64,000 nt of DNA from positions 18,838 through 82,837 of the IMG/VR virus record IMGVR_UViG_3300040801_005525; one strand, given 5' to 3'. Shown here piece by piece: positions 18,372 to 29,417 of the stretch (positions are counted from its first letter, which is position 1; each line of letters starts with the position of its first letter). The stretch comes from a virus. The position numbers and the translations under genes are program-made. Under the pieces are notes generated by a model. The model was not told where the DNA came from. It searched no databases and worked only from the letters and a program-made list of their open reading frames with translations.

Positions 18372-20079
18372 AGTAACTCGTCACCGAGGGGAAGATCTGT
18401 AGACCACAACGCGCCAGGGTCGCCTCCGGGCCGCTCGCGTTTTCGCTCACAGGCACAGGCACAGAGACAGGGGTCGCCGCGACACGCAGAGATAAGGGGC
18501 GGTCACGCTGGGCAAGCGTCATCGCGTCGAGCTTCAGGGTGAGCTTGAAGAGCGTGAGCAGCCCGAAGTCCACCTCGTAGAGCGCGCCTTCTTTCAGGGT
18601 GGGGAAGCGTCGCGTGGTCGCGTCCGCTTCATAGCGCCAGTAGAGCTGGATGAGCGCGGGCCACACGGGCGCGAGGCTCGTGGGCACATGCTCGAAGGTC
18701 TGCACCGCCTCCACGCTCTGGATCGTGGTGAAGGCGCCCCCATCTGCGGGGGCGCGCACATCGGCCACAAACTCCCAGTCGAGCGCATGGGCCTGCTCCC
18801 TGAGCGCCTCGAGGTGGTCGACGAGCGTGTCGGCCACGAAGTACGGGAGGCATTGCAGCCACACCTCCACGGTCTCACCTGGCTCGATGAGCTTCAGGCT
18901 GCGCGTGAGCACCCGGTCTCGCCCCTCGATGCTCGGGATGCCGTGCGTGCCATCGCCGAGCAGATAGACGGCGCGCTCCTCCCGGCGCCCCATCACCTCG
19001 CCATCGCTGTAGGTCTCGCTCACCCCGTGTGCGAAGAGCTGATGGACGCGTGGTCGCGCGACCACATGCTCGAGCGAGACGGGCGGCAGCTGCTCCACCA
19101 CGCTCTTCACAGGCACGTTCGGTCGGAGCTGTCCAGGCACAGGGGTGCGCGCCCTGTGCCGCTCGCGCACATGGATGTGGCGAAGCTGCACATAGCTCGA
19201 GAGGCCCCACATCACATCGAGGTCACGCTCCCAGTTGATGCCAGAGAGGTCCGGGTAGTCATCAGGCCACACCGCCACGGCGTTGACATCCCCCTTGCTG
19301 CTCGTGACCTCGTTGACGTTGAAGAGGCGCTGATGGATGTCTGGATAGCGCGCGTTGACGAGCGCCTGAGGGAGCTGCACGAGGGTCTCGGGGCCCACCG
19401 CGCCGCCAGGCAACCCGAAGGTGAGGCGCTGGGTGGTGTAGTTCGAGATGCTCCCCCAGGAGGCGGTGTGCGGGTGAATGAAGTCCTCGTCAGCAAAGAG
19501 CACACTTCGTCCAAACTTCGCCTCACGTCGTGCGATGAGCCCGAGCGGGGTGCGCGCCGCGAGCGTGCTCGTGCGGATCCACACCCGCAGCCCTGTGTAG
19601 AGCGTGCCGCGTGGAGGGGAGGTGATGGGCACACGCACGCGCACCCCCTCATAGAGGGCACTTCCCTCGACCTTGACCACGCCACTTGTCCCAAAGCCCA
19701 CGATCTCGACCTTGAGGTAGCCAAAGGCGAGCAGGCTCCCCACATAGATGTTCTGGGAGGTGGCGAGCGTGTTGCAGTGCAGGTGCACCATGCACTCGAG
19801 CTCGGTGAGTGTCGGGGTCACCGGGTGAATGCCGGTGCCGACGCACAGCCAGCGCTCACTCGAGTATGCCCTGTCGCCCGAAAAGTTCGAGCCGCTCTGG
19901 TTGGCCGTCGCCCAGCGGTGCGCGCACGCGTTGCCCCCCTCACGCTCGAGCCACAAGAGCTGGTTCTGGAGCATGTGCGCCGCGTGCGTGTCACACGGCT
20001 CCTCGCCCTCGAGCGCCTCGTCCCCGAACATGTCCGAGTCGATGGCCTGGAAGTGCGTGCCATCGAGCTGCTCATCCAT
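18361..20079 (-). CDS. Minor tail protein
   Basis: AAGGAG RBS before ATG 20079; position. Confidence 0.6.
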   Translation of the reverse strand: MDEQLDGTHFQAIDSDMFGDEALEGEEPCDTHAAHMLQNQLLWLEREGGNACAHRWATANQSGSNFSGDRAYSSERWLCVGTGIHPVTPTLTELECMVHLHCNTLATSQNIYVGSLLAFGYLKVEIVGFGTSGVVKVEGSALYEGVRVRVPITSPPRGTLYTGLRVWIRTSTLAARTPLGLIARREAKFGRSVLFADEDFIHPHTASWGSISNYTTQRLTFGLPGGAVGPETLVQLPQALVNARYPDIHQRLFNVNEVTSSKGDVNAVAVWPDDYPDLSGINWERDLDVMWGLSSYVQLRHIHVRERHRARTPVPGQLRPNVPVKSVVEQLPPVSLEHVVARPRVHQLFAHGVSETYSDGEVMGRREERAVYLLGDGTHGIPSIEGRDRVLTRSLKLIEPGETVEVWLQCLPYFVADTLVDHLEALREQAHALDWEFVADVRAPADGGAFTTIQSVEAVQTFEHVPTSLAPVWPALIQLYWRYEADATTRRFPTLKEGALYEVDFGLLTLFKLTLKLDAMTLAQRDRPLSLRVAATPVSVPVPVSENASGPEATLARCGLQIFPSVTSYYAP

Positions 20080-22495
20080 GGGGGTCTCCTTTGACCGCGC
20101 CACCTGGCTCGCGGATCTGGTCAGCGTCATTGGCGTAGTAGGCGTGCGCGCGCTCGAAGCATTCGACGTGCGCGGTGTTCGCATAGGTGTCCGAGCGTGC
20201 GAGCCGCACCACGCGCTTCCAGGACACGTTCGTCATGGTCTCGCCATAAGCGGGACTCTTCACATAGAGCGTGTCGCCCACAATGTGTGCGACCGTGGCG
20301 AGCACGTTCCCCGACCACCTCACGCCCCAGGGCTCCCAGATCTCGATCTCATCGCCCACCTTGAAGCTCTGCGCGTCCGGGTCATCGAGCCCATAGAGCG
20401 CCCCTCCTGTCAGCTGCCAGAAGCCGCCGGTCTCGACCGCGGCCTCGATGCGCATCGACGGGGCCCGAAGGCGCGCGAGCAGCGCGGTGTTCCAGCTGAT
20501 GAGCAGCATCTCGAGCGCGCAGGTCAGGTTCTTGATGCCAAACCCTCTGGCGATGAGCATCCCGGTGAACCGCACGCGTGTATCGAGGTCTTCGAGCGAG
20601 GGGTTCGTGATGAGCTTCGGGCGCGCGCCAGGCACGGGTACAGGAAGCCTTGGGTCCTCGGGGAGCCCTTGCGCGAGCGTGACGAAGCTCCCGATGTCAT
20701 AGGGGTCGAGATCGAGCGTCTTCGAGTCTGGCGCCACGACCGAGAGCCTTGGGAGCGAGAGGTAGGCGAGCGCCCCCTGGGCGCGAAGCTGGGCGGAGAG
20801 CAGATCCCCTGCATCGCCGTCACCGCGCGTGATGAGCGCGCTCTTCGGGATCGTGCGCAGGTCGAGTTCGATGGCGTAGGGGGAGGCCACCTCGAGCTTC
20901 TCGCTCCCCTCGTAGTCGCCTGCGGCGCCGAGCTTCACGATGATCTCCGAGGGCGCCTCCCATGGCAGACCTCCCACCTGGGCCCTGACCTCCTCGACGG
21001 CTTGCGTGTAGGCGTCCTCGATCTTCAGGGTGCCGCCCTGTGCGGGCGAAATGATGCGTAACCCCTGAGCCTGGGCAGCGCAGAAGGTGCGCACATCGAG
21101 CGCGGCGAACCCCTTGACGCTCAGCCGGTTTGCCTCGGTGACCGCCATGAACTGCCCGGCAGGGCCCATCACCATCTCGAAGGTGTCGAACACACTTGGC
21201 ACCTCGCCATCCCAGCCGAGCAGGATCTGCTCGAGCGGCAAGGCATCCTGGCATGCCTCGATCGCCTCAGCCCATGACGCATGATCGAGCAGGTAGGACA
21301 CATCCCTGCTCCACACCGGCGTGTGCACATCGAAGCGCTCGGCATCAAAGGAAATGAGGCCCTGCAAGCTCGTGCTCGTCAGGAGCGCATACATCACCGC
21401 GGCGCGGTTGTAGGGGTTGTAGAGGGCGCGTGCACTGCTCGCGAGCGCGCTCGACGCGCTCACGGGTTGGCCTGTGCGCGCGTCGAGCTCACGCGAGATG
21501 AGGTAGACCTCGCGCACCTCCAGGCCCGCGCTCGACACGTCCTCGATCACGCCACCTGTCTCGAGCATCTGTGGACCCGAGCCGAGCAGCGCGACGCCGC
21601 CTGCAAGCTCCTTCAGGTTCCCCAGCCGGATCTCGTCCTTGCCCGGCGTGTACTTGCCAAGGAAGAGCCCCTGGCCGATCTGCAAGGCGACGATGCTGTA
21701 CTGGGTGGAGATGGTCTTCTTGACGCCAGGGAGCGCGCCGGTCATGTCGATGAAGCCCGAGGCGTAGAGCGCGCCCGTGGCGCCGATGCGTGTGAGCTTG
21801 ATGTGCGCGCGCGCGGTGAGCGTCCCCATGGCGCGCGCCATGGGCATCTGCCCGAGCGCTTCGAACCCGCTGGAGCACTGCAAGGTGAGGGTCGTGCACG
21901 TGTCGTCTGTGGCCATGGCGGTGAGCACGCCATGCCAGCGCGGCACGTACGCATGCTCCACGGGGTCATACACCACGAGCTGCACATCACGCCCTTTCTT
22001 CTGAGGCGGCCCGAGGTAGACCCCCGCGCCCACAGGGTAGGCGCTCTTTTTGGACTCCCAGAAGCCTCGCACGCTCCCGATGTAGCCGACTCCTGGCGAA
22101 TAGGCGCCGAGCTTGATGGCCTCGCGTCCGATGAAGACGACCCTGTCCTGATGGCCCTCGACCCACAGGGGGATCGTGCCCCCCTCGCGCGTGGCGGGCG
22201 CGGAGAGTGTGGCAAAAGGGATGGGCTCCTGCCACTGGAGCATCTCGACGACTTTGGTGTGCCAGGGCATCTCGAAGGCGTAGGCGCTCGTCTGCATGGT
22301 GCGCGCGATGGGGTCGACCGCATCATTCACGCTCTCAGGCATCTGCTCGAGCGTGTAGTCCTCGAGCTCCACACCCCCTGGCGCAGGCGTGATCCTGTGC
22401 CACTTTCGAAAGCCGAAGATCGTGGCCGCGAGCAGGGTCTCATCCCGCCCGAGCCCCAGGATCTTCAAGCCGTACTGGAGGTCTTGATCGCTCAC
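20072..22495 (-). CDS. Tail tip / hub protein (Tal-like position)
   Basis: 807 aa; second gene after the tape measure. Confidence 0.6.
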   Translation of the reverse strand: MSDQDLQYGLKILGLGRDETLLAATIFGFRKWHRITPAPGGVELEDYTLEQMPESVNDAVDPIARTMQTSAYAFEMPWHTKVVEMLQWQEPIPFATLSAPATREGGTIPLWVEGHQDRVVFIGREAIKLGAYSPGVGYIGSVRGFWESKKSAYPVGAGVYLGPPQKKGRDVQLVVYDPVEHAYVPRWHGVLTAMATDDTCTTLTLQCSSGFEALGQMPMARAMGTLTARAHIKLTRIGATGALYASGFIDMTGALPGVKKTISTQYSIVALQIGQGLFLGKYTPGKDEIRLGNLKELAGGVALLGSGPQMLETGGVIEDVSSAGLEVREVYLISRELDARTGQPVSASSALASSARALYNPYNRAAVMYALLTSTSLQGLISFDAERFDVHTPVWSRDVSYLLDHASWAEAIEACQDALPLEQILLGWDGEVPSVFDTFEMVMGPAGQFMAVTEANRLSVKGFAALDVRTFCAAQAQGLRIISPAQGGTLKIEDAYTQAVEEVRAQVGGLPWEAPSEIIVKLGAAGDYEGSEKLEVASPYAIELDLRTIPKSALITRGDGDAGDLLSAQLRAQGALAYLSLPRLSVVAPDSKTLDLDPYDIGSFVTLAQGLPEDPRLPVPVPGARPKLITNPSLEDLDTRVRFTGMLIARGFGIKNLTCALEMLLISWNTALLARLRAPSMRIEAAVETGGFWQLTGGALYGLDDPDAQSFKVGDEIEIWEPWGVRWSGNVLATVAHIVGDTLYVKSPAYGETMTNVSWKRVVRLARSDTYANTAHVECFERAHAYYANDADQIREPGGAVKGDPHG

Positions 22496-22507
22496 ACACG
22501 CACCTGT

Positions 22508-23422
22508 TCAGGAGTGGACATAGGTCGAGGCGAGCACCTCACACCGGAGTTCGAGCTGGTAGAGCTCCCCTTTGGCCTCGACAGGGCGCTCGCCGATGCA
22601 GGCCGTGAACCTGTTGCGCTGCTCGGCATCATCGATCCTCAGGGCCTCGACCCCCGTGGCGGGGAGCTCGAGGGTGTGGGTCGAGGCCGCGTTGTGCACC
22701 ACGAGCATCGGCTCCATGCGGGAGAGCGTGTGGCGCCAGAGCTGCTGGAAGGTGTTGTTCCCATCGTAGCGCGCCGCGCACACCTTGCGCGCCATGGCCG
22801 GAAACTCGGCGTTCCTCGTGTGGCGCACCATCCCGCCTGGCATCTTCCTGTAGAGCAAGGTGCGCAGCACCTTCGTGCCCCAGCGCCAGTTGCCAAGGGC
22901 GTGGTCATACTGCTCGTGCACCTCGTCCTGGAGCTTGAACGAGGCGCGACGGTGCGTGGTGAGGTTCCCCTCGATGGCATAGGGCGTGAGGTAAGGCCCA
23001 CCAAACGCGACAATCACATCCTCGGGGTGCTCCGGCGTGAGCGCGCTCATGCCGAGCAGGCCCACAGGAAGCGTCCAGTTCGGGTGGGTCACAAACCAGG
23101 TGTAGGTCGGGTTCGCGGCGAGCGTGAGCGCGAAGCCGGTGCCAGGCATGCGTGAGAGGCGAGGGGTGCGCACGGCGATCTGCACGCTCGTCAGGTTCGA
23201 GTAGATCGCCTGGCTGATCGCCTGCACCAGCGCCTTGAAGAAGGAGGGGTAGGCGGTGCTCCACATCGGCGAGTTGCCGCGGTCCATCCACAGCCAGTAG
23301 CGCCCCACGGGGAGCGTGATGGTGAAGATCTGGCCGCCAAAGTCGATCACAAGAGTGTTGTTCGCGCTCGTCAGGAGCACGCTCCCCACGATCCAGTCAG
23401 CTTCAAAGGGCGCACGGGCCAT
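22508..23422 (-). CDS. Distal tail protein (Dit-like position)
   Basis: Immediately after the tape measure; AGGAGG RBS. Confidence 0.55.
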   Translation of the reverse strand: MARAPFEADWIVGSVLLTSANNTLVIDFGGQIFTITLPVGRYWLWMDRGNSPMWSTAYPSFFKALVQAISQAIYSNLTSVQIAVRTPRLSRMPGTGFALTLAANPTYTWFVTHPNWTLPVGLLGMSALTPEHPEDVIVAFGGPYLTPYAIEGNLTTHRRASFKLQDEVHEQYDHALGNWRWGTKVLRTLLYRKMPGGMVRHTRNAEFPAMARKVCAARYDGNNTFQQLWRHTLSRMEPMLVVHNAASTHTLELPATGVEALRIDDAEQRNRFTACIGERPVEAKGELYQLELRCEVLASTYVHS

Positions 23423-23439
23423 GAGGCAAAGCCCTCCTG

Positions 23440-26400
23440 TCAAGCCGAGCGCGCGAGCGTGCGGCGGGTGTCCTGATCGCTGGCTTGCCTGATCTCGCGC
23501 GCGATCTGCGGCGCGCTTTGCAGGAGCGTCGCGTTGTCAAAGCTGATCTGGTAGGTGATCGAGGTGGGCGCCTCGAGCTGGTCACGCAGCGCCCTGGCGT
23601 AGGCCTCGGCGCTCTTGGTGCGCTCGACTTCCAGGTCAAGCCGCGTGGCACGTGCAGCGCCCGCACCCGCCCCGCTCGCGCCCCCTCCGGAGCCTCCCGC
23701 CCCCGAGGCCCCGGCCACGCCCGCCACGATGCCATACTTGAGCGCGCTCGCCCCATGCAGCGCGGCGCCCTGCGCGAACGCAGGCACACCCGTCGTGGCG
23801 AACAGCGCGAGGTTCGCGAGCGCGGCGGCGCTCTCGATGAAGACCTGCGTCTTCGCGCGCTTCTTCGCATCCTTGATGAACACGTCGGCGAGCTCGCTGC
23901 CGATGCCTGCCACCGCAGACAGCGCGCTCTGGGTGAGCTTTGCCGCATCGGCCGCCGTCTTCTGGCTCGCCGCATACTCGAAGGTCTGCGCGGTCAGCGC
24001 ACCCACGCTCTCAGTCACGCTCGAGAGCACCCCGAGGCGCTCCTGAAGCTGGGCCTGGTTGCGCTGCTCGAGCTCGAACTCCTGCTCGAGCTGCTCGATC
24101 CTGCGGTCGAGGAAGTCCGTGCTCCCCCCGCGCGCAGCCACGTTGTCCCGGTTGGCGCGCAGCTCATCGATGCCCGATTGACGCTCGGCGAGCAGGTCTC
24201 GGCTCAAGCTCGAGGTGTCCACCGAGAACCCCTGCACGGCGCCCTGCGTGACCGCATCGGGGACGAGGCGAGCGCGCTGCTTCTCGATCTCGAAGAGCTC
24301 GCGCGTGGCGGTCATCTCGGCGTTCCGGATGCGGAGCGCTTGCTCCTCTTGCGTGAGCGCGCTCTGCCTGATCTGGGTGATCTGTTGCGCGAGTTCGAGA
24401 TCGATGAGGCGCATGGCCTGCGCTTCTCCCGCAAGCCGCGCCGATTCGATGCGCGCGCTCTGAAGCGCCTCGACCTCGGCGCGCTCCAGGGCGGCGAGCT
24501 CCGTGAGCCTCGCCTGGTTGACGAGGTACTCCTCCTCGACACGACCACGCGCGCCGAGCTCCTCGTTCTGCCTGATCTGGGCGATGCGGCTCCGGGTCTC
24601 GAGTTCGATGGCCTCGCGCTGCTTGCCCTGGGCGCGCAAGATCGCCACCTGGCGACGCGTGGACTCTTCGGCGCGCTCCTGCTCGATGGCCTCGAGTTCA
24701 TCGGTGAGCTCTCGCTCGATCCGCACACGCTCGGCCACGAACTCATCGTTCAAGAGCTTCAAGAACCTCTCCTGCTTCTCCTCCTTGACGCGCGCGAGCT
24801 CCTCCTCGTTGGCGAGGATCTTCTCGTCGAGTTCGAGCTGTTTCAAAGCGGCGCGTGCCCTGGCCTCCTCCTGCCGTGTGCTTGCCGAGGCCAACTCTCT
24901 GTTCAGGATGAGCAGCTGCTCGCGATGAAAGATCTCTGCGTCGGTGATGTAGTCGATGCGCGCGCGAGAGGACGCAGGGGGTGTATCCCCCTCATCGGGC
25001 ACCACAGGGGCTCTGGGCTGTCGCACCACGTTCCCGAAGCCCTCGAGCACGGCCGCCGAGCCTGAGGCCGTCAGGCTGGTCGTGAGCTCATATTGTGTGG
25101 CGAGCGCACGGTTCGAGGCGATGATGGCCTCCTCCATCTCGCGGTAGCGCTCGGAGAGCGTCGAGAGCGACTGCCCTGCCACAAACGCGATCTCGGGCTG
25201 GGTGCGAAGCCGCTCGTTCACACCGCTCACACGCTCACTTGCCGCGGCGAGCGCCTCGCCGAACTCATCCCCGATCTTCGCGCTCGCGGCGTACGCCCTG
25301 CCCGACTCATCGACGAGTCGGTTGGTGTCCTCGAGGACCACGCCGATGTCCTCGAGGTTGTCCTCGAAGTTCGTGGTGAAGTCGTCGATGTTCTGGGCGG
25401 CCTCGGAGAAGTCGAAGGTCAACGCGTTGAAGAAGGCGCGCGTGGCGAGCGTCCCGTTCTCGAGCGTGCGCAGGTAGATGCGCCCCGCGCGCGTCACGAC
25501 ACCAAGACCCTGCGCCACCTCGATGAGCCCGCCACCGAGGCGCGCGAGCACAGGGATGGCGAGGCTCCCCGCATCGAGCAGCGCGACGAGCACATCGACC
25601 CCCTCCTCGGCGAGCACGTCGAACTGCTCGAAGAGCGCGTTGTTCTTCTGGAGTTCCTGCCCTTGCCCGGAGAGCGCGATCGCGCTCTCCTTGACCACAG
25701 GCAAGAAGCGCTTGCCGATCGTGATGGCGTTGGCCTCCATGACGCTCAGGAAGATCCTGCCCTGTGCGCTCGCCGTGTCGTTGACCGTGGCGTTGAACTC
25801 GCGCGCGGTGCCCTCGGCGGCCTTGAAGCGCGCCGTGTAGCGATCGAGCACGCCCGTGCCCTGATTCAAGACGGTGATGAGCGAACGGCCCGCCACCTCC
25901 CCAAACAACCGAAGCACATCGGCGTTCGAGATGCCTGCGGCCTCGAGGTCGCGCAGCACATCGGCGAGCTGGCGCACGCTCCCGTCGCTGTTCTTGACCT
26001 CGACGTTGTACTTCTTCAGGACCGCCTGGCCCTCGGCCGTGGTCTTTTGCAGGCGAGAGAGCGCGTTGGCCGTGGCGCGGCCTGCGCGGGTGGACTTGAT
26101 GCCCGAGTTCGCGAGCGCGGCGAGGATCGCGGCGGTGCCCTCGAGCGTCTGGTTCGAGGCGCTCGCAATGCCCGCGGTGTAGCTAAACGCGTTGCCGAGC
26201 TCCTCGACGTTCGTGTTCGCCCCGGTCGACGCGCTCACGAGCACATCGTTGACGCGCGCGAGGTCTTTGACCTCGAGGTTCAAGCCCGTGAGGATGTTCG
26301 TGGAGATGTCTGCGGCGCGCGCGAGATCGAGGTTCCCTGCGGCGGCGAGCTCGAGGCTCCCGGGCAGCGCCCCCACGCTCTTCTGGGCGTCGAGCCCTGC

Positions 26401-26988
26401 CTGGGAGAGGAATTGCAGGGCGCTTGCGGCCTCACGTGCGGTGAAAAGCGTCCTCTGAGACTGCTCGAGCGCGGCCTCATCAAAGAGCGCGAAGTTCCCC
26501 CCTCCGCTGATGGCGTCGACACGCGCGAGCTGCTGGGTGTATTCGGCGGCCGTCTCCACGCTCGACTGCAAGGCGCGTCCCTGCACGAGCACCGCGTCGG
26601 TCAGGACGCGGATGCCCCCTTCGACGAGCTGAATGCCTGCGTAGACCCCCGTGTAGCGTCTGGCCACGATCCCGAGCGCGTCAGACTGCCCACGGTAGGC
26701 GCGCGTGCTCTGACGGATCGCGCGCACCTCGGCCTGGGAGAGCCTGTTCTTGGCCGTGGCGGTCTTCAAGAGCTCTTGCACGGCGCGGCGCTGGTCTCGC
26801 GCGGCCTTGAACTGTGCGTTCGCGGCGCGGGCGGCCTCCTGGCTCGAGCGCGTGACGCGCTTGTTCGCACGCGCCACGGTCGCCAGATCGCTCACCAACT
26901 CCCCGTACTCGCCCTTGAACGCGGCGAGCGTGCGCGTGGCCTGATCGGCATCGGCTGTGACCTCGAGCTCGAGGTATTCGGCGCGCAT
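23440..26988 (-). CDS. Tail tape measure protein (TP901-type core)
   Basis: FTAREAASALQFLSQAG..LELAAAGNLDLARAADI..ANTNVEELGNAF..LANSGIK..RLFG; long and helical. Confidence 0.95.
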   Translation of the reverse strand: MRAEYLELEVTADADQATRTLAAFKGEYGELVSDLATVARANKRVTRSSQEAARAANAQFKAARDQRRAVQELLKTATAKNRLSQAEVRAIRQSTRAYRGQSDALGIVARRYTGVYAGIQLVEGGIRVLTDAVLVQGRALQSSVETAAEYTQQLARVDAISGGGNFALFDEAALEQSQRTLFTAREAASALQFLSQAGLDAQKSVGALPGSLELAAAGNLDLARAADISTNILTGLNLEVKDLARVNDVLVSASTGANTNVEELGNAFSYTAGIASASNQTLEGTAAILAALANSGIKSTRAGRATANALSRLQKTTAEGQAVLKKYNVEVKNSDGSVRQLADVLRDLEAAGISNADVLRLFGEVAGRSLITVLNQGTGVLDRYTARFKAAEGTAREFNATVNDTASAQGRIFLSVMEANAITIGKRFLPVVKESAIALSGQGQELQKNNALFEQFDVLAEEGVDVLVALLDAGSLAIPVLARLGGGLIEVAQGLGVVTRAGRIYLRTLENGTLATRAFFNALTFDFSEAAQNIDDFTTNFEDNLEDIGVVLEDTNRLVDESGRAYAASAKIGDEFGEALAAASERVSGVNERLRTQPEIAFVAGQSLSTLSERYREMEEAIIASNRALATQYELTTSLTASGSAAVLEGFGNVVRQPRAPVVPDEGDTPPASSRARIDYITDAEIFHREQLLILNRELASASTRQEEARARAALKQLELDEKILANEEELARVKEEKQERFLKLLNDEFVAERVRIERELTDELEAIEQERAEESTRRQVAILRAQGKQREAIELETRSRIAQIRQNEELGARGRVEEEYLVNQARLTELAALERAEVEALQSARIESARLAGEAQAMRLIDLELAQQITQIRQSALTQEEQALRIRNAEMTATRELFEIEKQRARLVPDAVTQGAVQGFSVDTSSLSRDLLAERQSGIDELRANRDNVAARGGSTDFLDRRIEQLEQEFELEQRNQAQLQERLGVLSSVTESVGALTAQTFEYAASQKTAADAAKLTQSALSAVAGIGSELADVFIKDAKKRAKTQVFIESAAALANLALFATTGVPAFAQGAALHGASALKYGIVAGVAGASGAGGSGGGASGAGAGAARATRLDLEVERTKSAEAYARALRDQLEAPTSITYQISFDNATLLQSAPQIAREIRQASDQDTRRTLARSA

Positions 26989-27039
26989 GGGGAGGCGGCC
27001 TCCTGGCAAGGGGGTGCTGTGGGGGGGATAGGGAGGGGG

Positions 27040-27484
27040 TTATTTGTATTTTTTCTTGAGCTCGTCGTGGACCTCGGCTTCGGCCGCAAGCCAGATGTCA
27101 TCGCCGATGTCGGCAAGCTCGGTGATCCAGTAGGGCTTGTGGTAAAGGTCCCCCAGTCGACCTGGCCTGATGAGCTTGAGATAGGTGTGGGCCAGGTCCC
27201 CGGCTCGACCATAGTCATGAGGGCGCCGCTCGGGATCAGGCACATCAAAGCCTTCGGCCTGTCCGAGCTCGCGCCACAGGTCCATCTCAGGAAGCCTCAT
27301 GAGCTCGTCATGCAGCGCTTCACACTCCTCACAAGGGAAGAGGTCTGTGCCGCAGAAGGGGTCGTGGTCGTTTCGAAGGTGCGCCACATCCATGGCGAGG
27401 CGCTCCTTGCTCTGGGCGTGCTCCTCGGGGACCGACTTGCTCCTGAGGAGCGCGCGTTCAAGCAGGTCGGTCAGGTTTTTTTTT
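27040..27484 (-). CDS. Tail assembly chaperone gpT-like segment, read by -1 frameshift
   Basis: -1 frame is open from the A9 slippery run to just before the tape measure. Confidence 0.7.
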
Positions 27485-28250
27485 CCTCGGCATCGAGCCC
27501 TTCTGCAATGGCATACCCGAGCGACACGAGGTTCTTGAGCATCATGGCGCTGTCCCCGAGGCGCAGCAGCACGCCGTTCTGACGATACTCCTCGCTCTCC
27601 TCGCGCCAGATGACAGGCACGCGGTCGTTGCTGCCCTCCGAGCGCTTGGTGAAGTTCGACAGGCGGGTGACATACTTCATGGCGAGCGCGAGGTGGTGTT
27701 TGACATCCTCGAACTCGAGCACGTGGAATACACCACGACGCGGCGCCCATTGAACGTGTGCGTGACCATGCGCATCAAGCTCGACTTCCTCGAGGAAGAG
27801 GTCCGGATCTTCAAAGGCTTCCTCCTCCTCCTCGGACGGGTTGGGCTCCTGAGAGGGAGAGTCTGTCTCGGCATCCTCTTCGGCCTTTGCAGAGGCTTCG
27901 ACCTCGGCCTGATCCTCAGAAGGCGCTTCATCCTTTGGTGCGAAGTGGCTCCACGGTGCCACCTTGATTTTGATGCGTGCGCCCGGTTCGCCCTGCACCT
28001 CGATCTCCACGAAGCGCCCATGCAATAACTCGCTGAGACGCTCGAGCTCTCCATCAATGAGCTCCTCCTCCTTGCGCTGGACAATCTGGTCCTGCCGACG
28101 CCACTTCTGGCGATCCTCCAGCGTCACGGGATTGAACCAGATCTTGGGTACGCTGCGTTGGTCGTACTTCTCCGCATCGCGGTACTGCAACGGAACGAAG
28201 CTCTTCTCGTCATCGATAAAAAATTCAGCCATCACATCACGCAAATACAC
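27471..28250 (-). CDS. Tail assembly chaperone (gpG-like)
   Basis: Between tail tube and tape measure; ends GAG GAA AAA AAA ACC TGA; start uncertain. Confidence 0.75.
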   Translation of the reverse strand: MYLRDVMAEFFIDDEKSFVPLQYRDAEKYDQRSVPKIWFNPVTLEDRQKWRRQDQIVQRKEEELIDGELERLSELLHGRFVEIEVQGEPGARIKIKVAPWSHFAPKDEAPSEDQAEVEASAKAEEDAETDSPSQEPNPSEEEEEAFEDPDLFLEEVELDAHGHAHVQWAPRRGVFHVLEFEDVKHHLALAMKYVTRLSNFTKRSEGSNDRVPVIWREESEEYRQNGVLLRLGDSAMMLKNLVSLGYAIAEGLDAEEKKT

Positions 28251-28342
28251 ACGAGCAAGGAAGCGACAGACCTGATGGACATGCCGCTTCCTTGCCCATG
28301 CTTGTGGGGGTTATGGGGAGAGGGAGAGGGGCAGGGGGAGGA

Positions 28343-29374
28343 TCAGGCGAGCTTCTCGAAGCGCATCAGGTAGTTGTCATCGCCGTTCAGAGCCTGGGCG
28401 AGGTAGTCCACGGTGAACTGCTTTCTGGAGTTGCCGCTGCCCGGCTGCATCGTGGTCCAGCGCATGTTCGGGAAGCTGATGCGGAAGAGGTTCACGCCGT
28501 CGTTGATCTCGAGCACGAAGTCCAGATCGAGGTCGTTGTTGTGCACGCGCTTGACCCAGTTGCCAGGGCCGGTGTCCGCGATGAGCGTGTCGAGGAACTT
28601 CAGGGTGAGCTGGCCACCCATCTCGCCCGGGTCCATGATGATCTCGCTCACGCCCTCATCACACGCCTCGATGTCCTCGGTGTTGTCCTCGAACGTGTTG
28701 TTCGGCGAGAACGTGAACGCGTCGATCCCGAGGTCGAAGTACGCGTCCGCGCTGTCACGCTCCTTGACCTTGGCGCTGACGCACTTGCCCTTGAAGAATC
28801 CCACCCCAAGGCCCTTGGTGGCAGGCCCAGGGATCGTGGCCACCCCTGCAAACTCCTCATAGAACCCGTGCAGGGCACGCAGGGTCAGGTCGAGGATCAC
28901 AGCCCCCGTGCCCTGGATCTGAAGGTTGAAGGTGCCGCGCGTGCCGAGGTGTTTCTGGCGGGCGAGGTTCCCGTTGCCATCCTCTCGCCACAGCCCATAG
29001 AACACGGAGTCCGGCCAGTTCGCACTCGTCGGGCCATACTCGGCGTAGTTCCCCACGCCAGCAGACCCCTCGGTGTCCTTGATGATGGCGCCGCAGGCTT
29101 GCAAAGCGGCATCCGAGGCGCTGATGGCGGCGACCTGATCGACCAGGAACCCGAGCTTGTTCTGGAAGGTCAGCCCGAGGTAGCCATGTTCGCGATCGCC
29201 CGCACTCGAGGTGGGGTAGAGCTCGAACTCCTCGTCATTCTCGAAGGTGTCCTGGTGATCATAGCCAGGCTGCCCCGCGAGACGCATCGCGTCCACGGGC
29301 TCGGTGTCGGTGCCATAGGCCGCAGGGTTCGTGATGCCGAGCACCGCGCCGTATTCTTCATAGACTCTGCCCAT
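28343..29374 (-). CDS. Major tail tube protein
   Basis: 343 aa, acidic and beta-rich, upstream of chaperone and tape measure; AGAGG RBS. Confidence 0.7.
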   Translation of the reverse strand: MGRVYEEYGAVLGITNPAAYGTDTEPVDAMRLAGQPGYDHQDTFENDEEFELYPTSSAGDREHGYLGLTFQNKLGFLVDQVAAISASDAALQACGAIIKDTEGSAGVGNYAEYGPTSANWPDSVFYGLWREDGNGNLARQKHLGTRGTFNLQIQGTGAVILDLTLRALHGFYEEFAGVATIPGPATKGLGVGFFKGKCVSAKVKERDSADAYFDLGIDAFTFSPNNTFEDNTEDIEACDEGVSEIIMDPGEMGGQLTLKFLDTLIADTGPGNWVKRVHNNDLDLDFVLEINDGVNLFRISFPNMRWTTMQPGSGNSRKQFTVDYLAQALNGDDNYLMRFEKLA

Positions 29375-29417
29375 GGGGGTGTCCTCTGGTTCGTGGGGGA
29401 TGGTGGGGGAGGTGGGT

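Noticed and set aside
15830-22495. Diversity-generating retroelement or invertible tail-fibre cassette
   Set aside because: No reverse transcriptase, invertase or VR/TR repeat pair seen.
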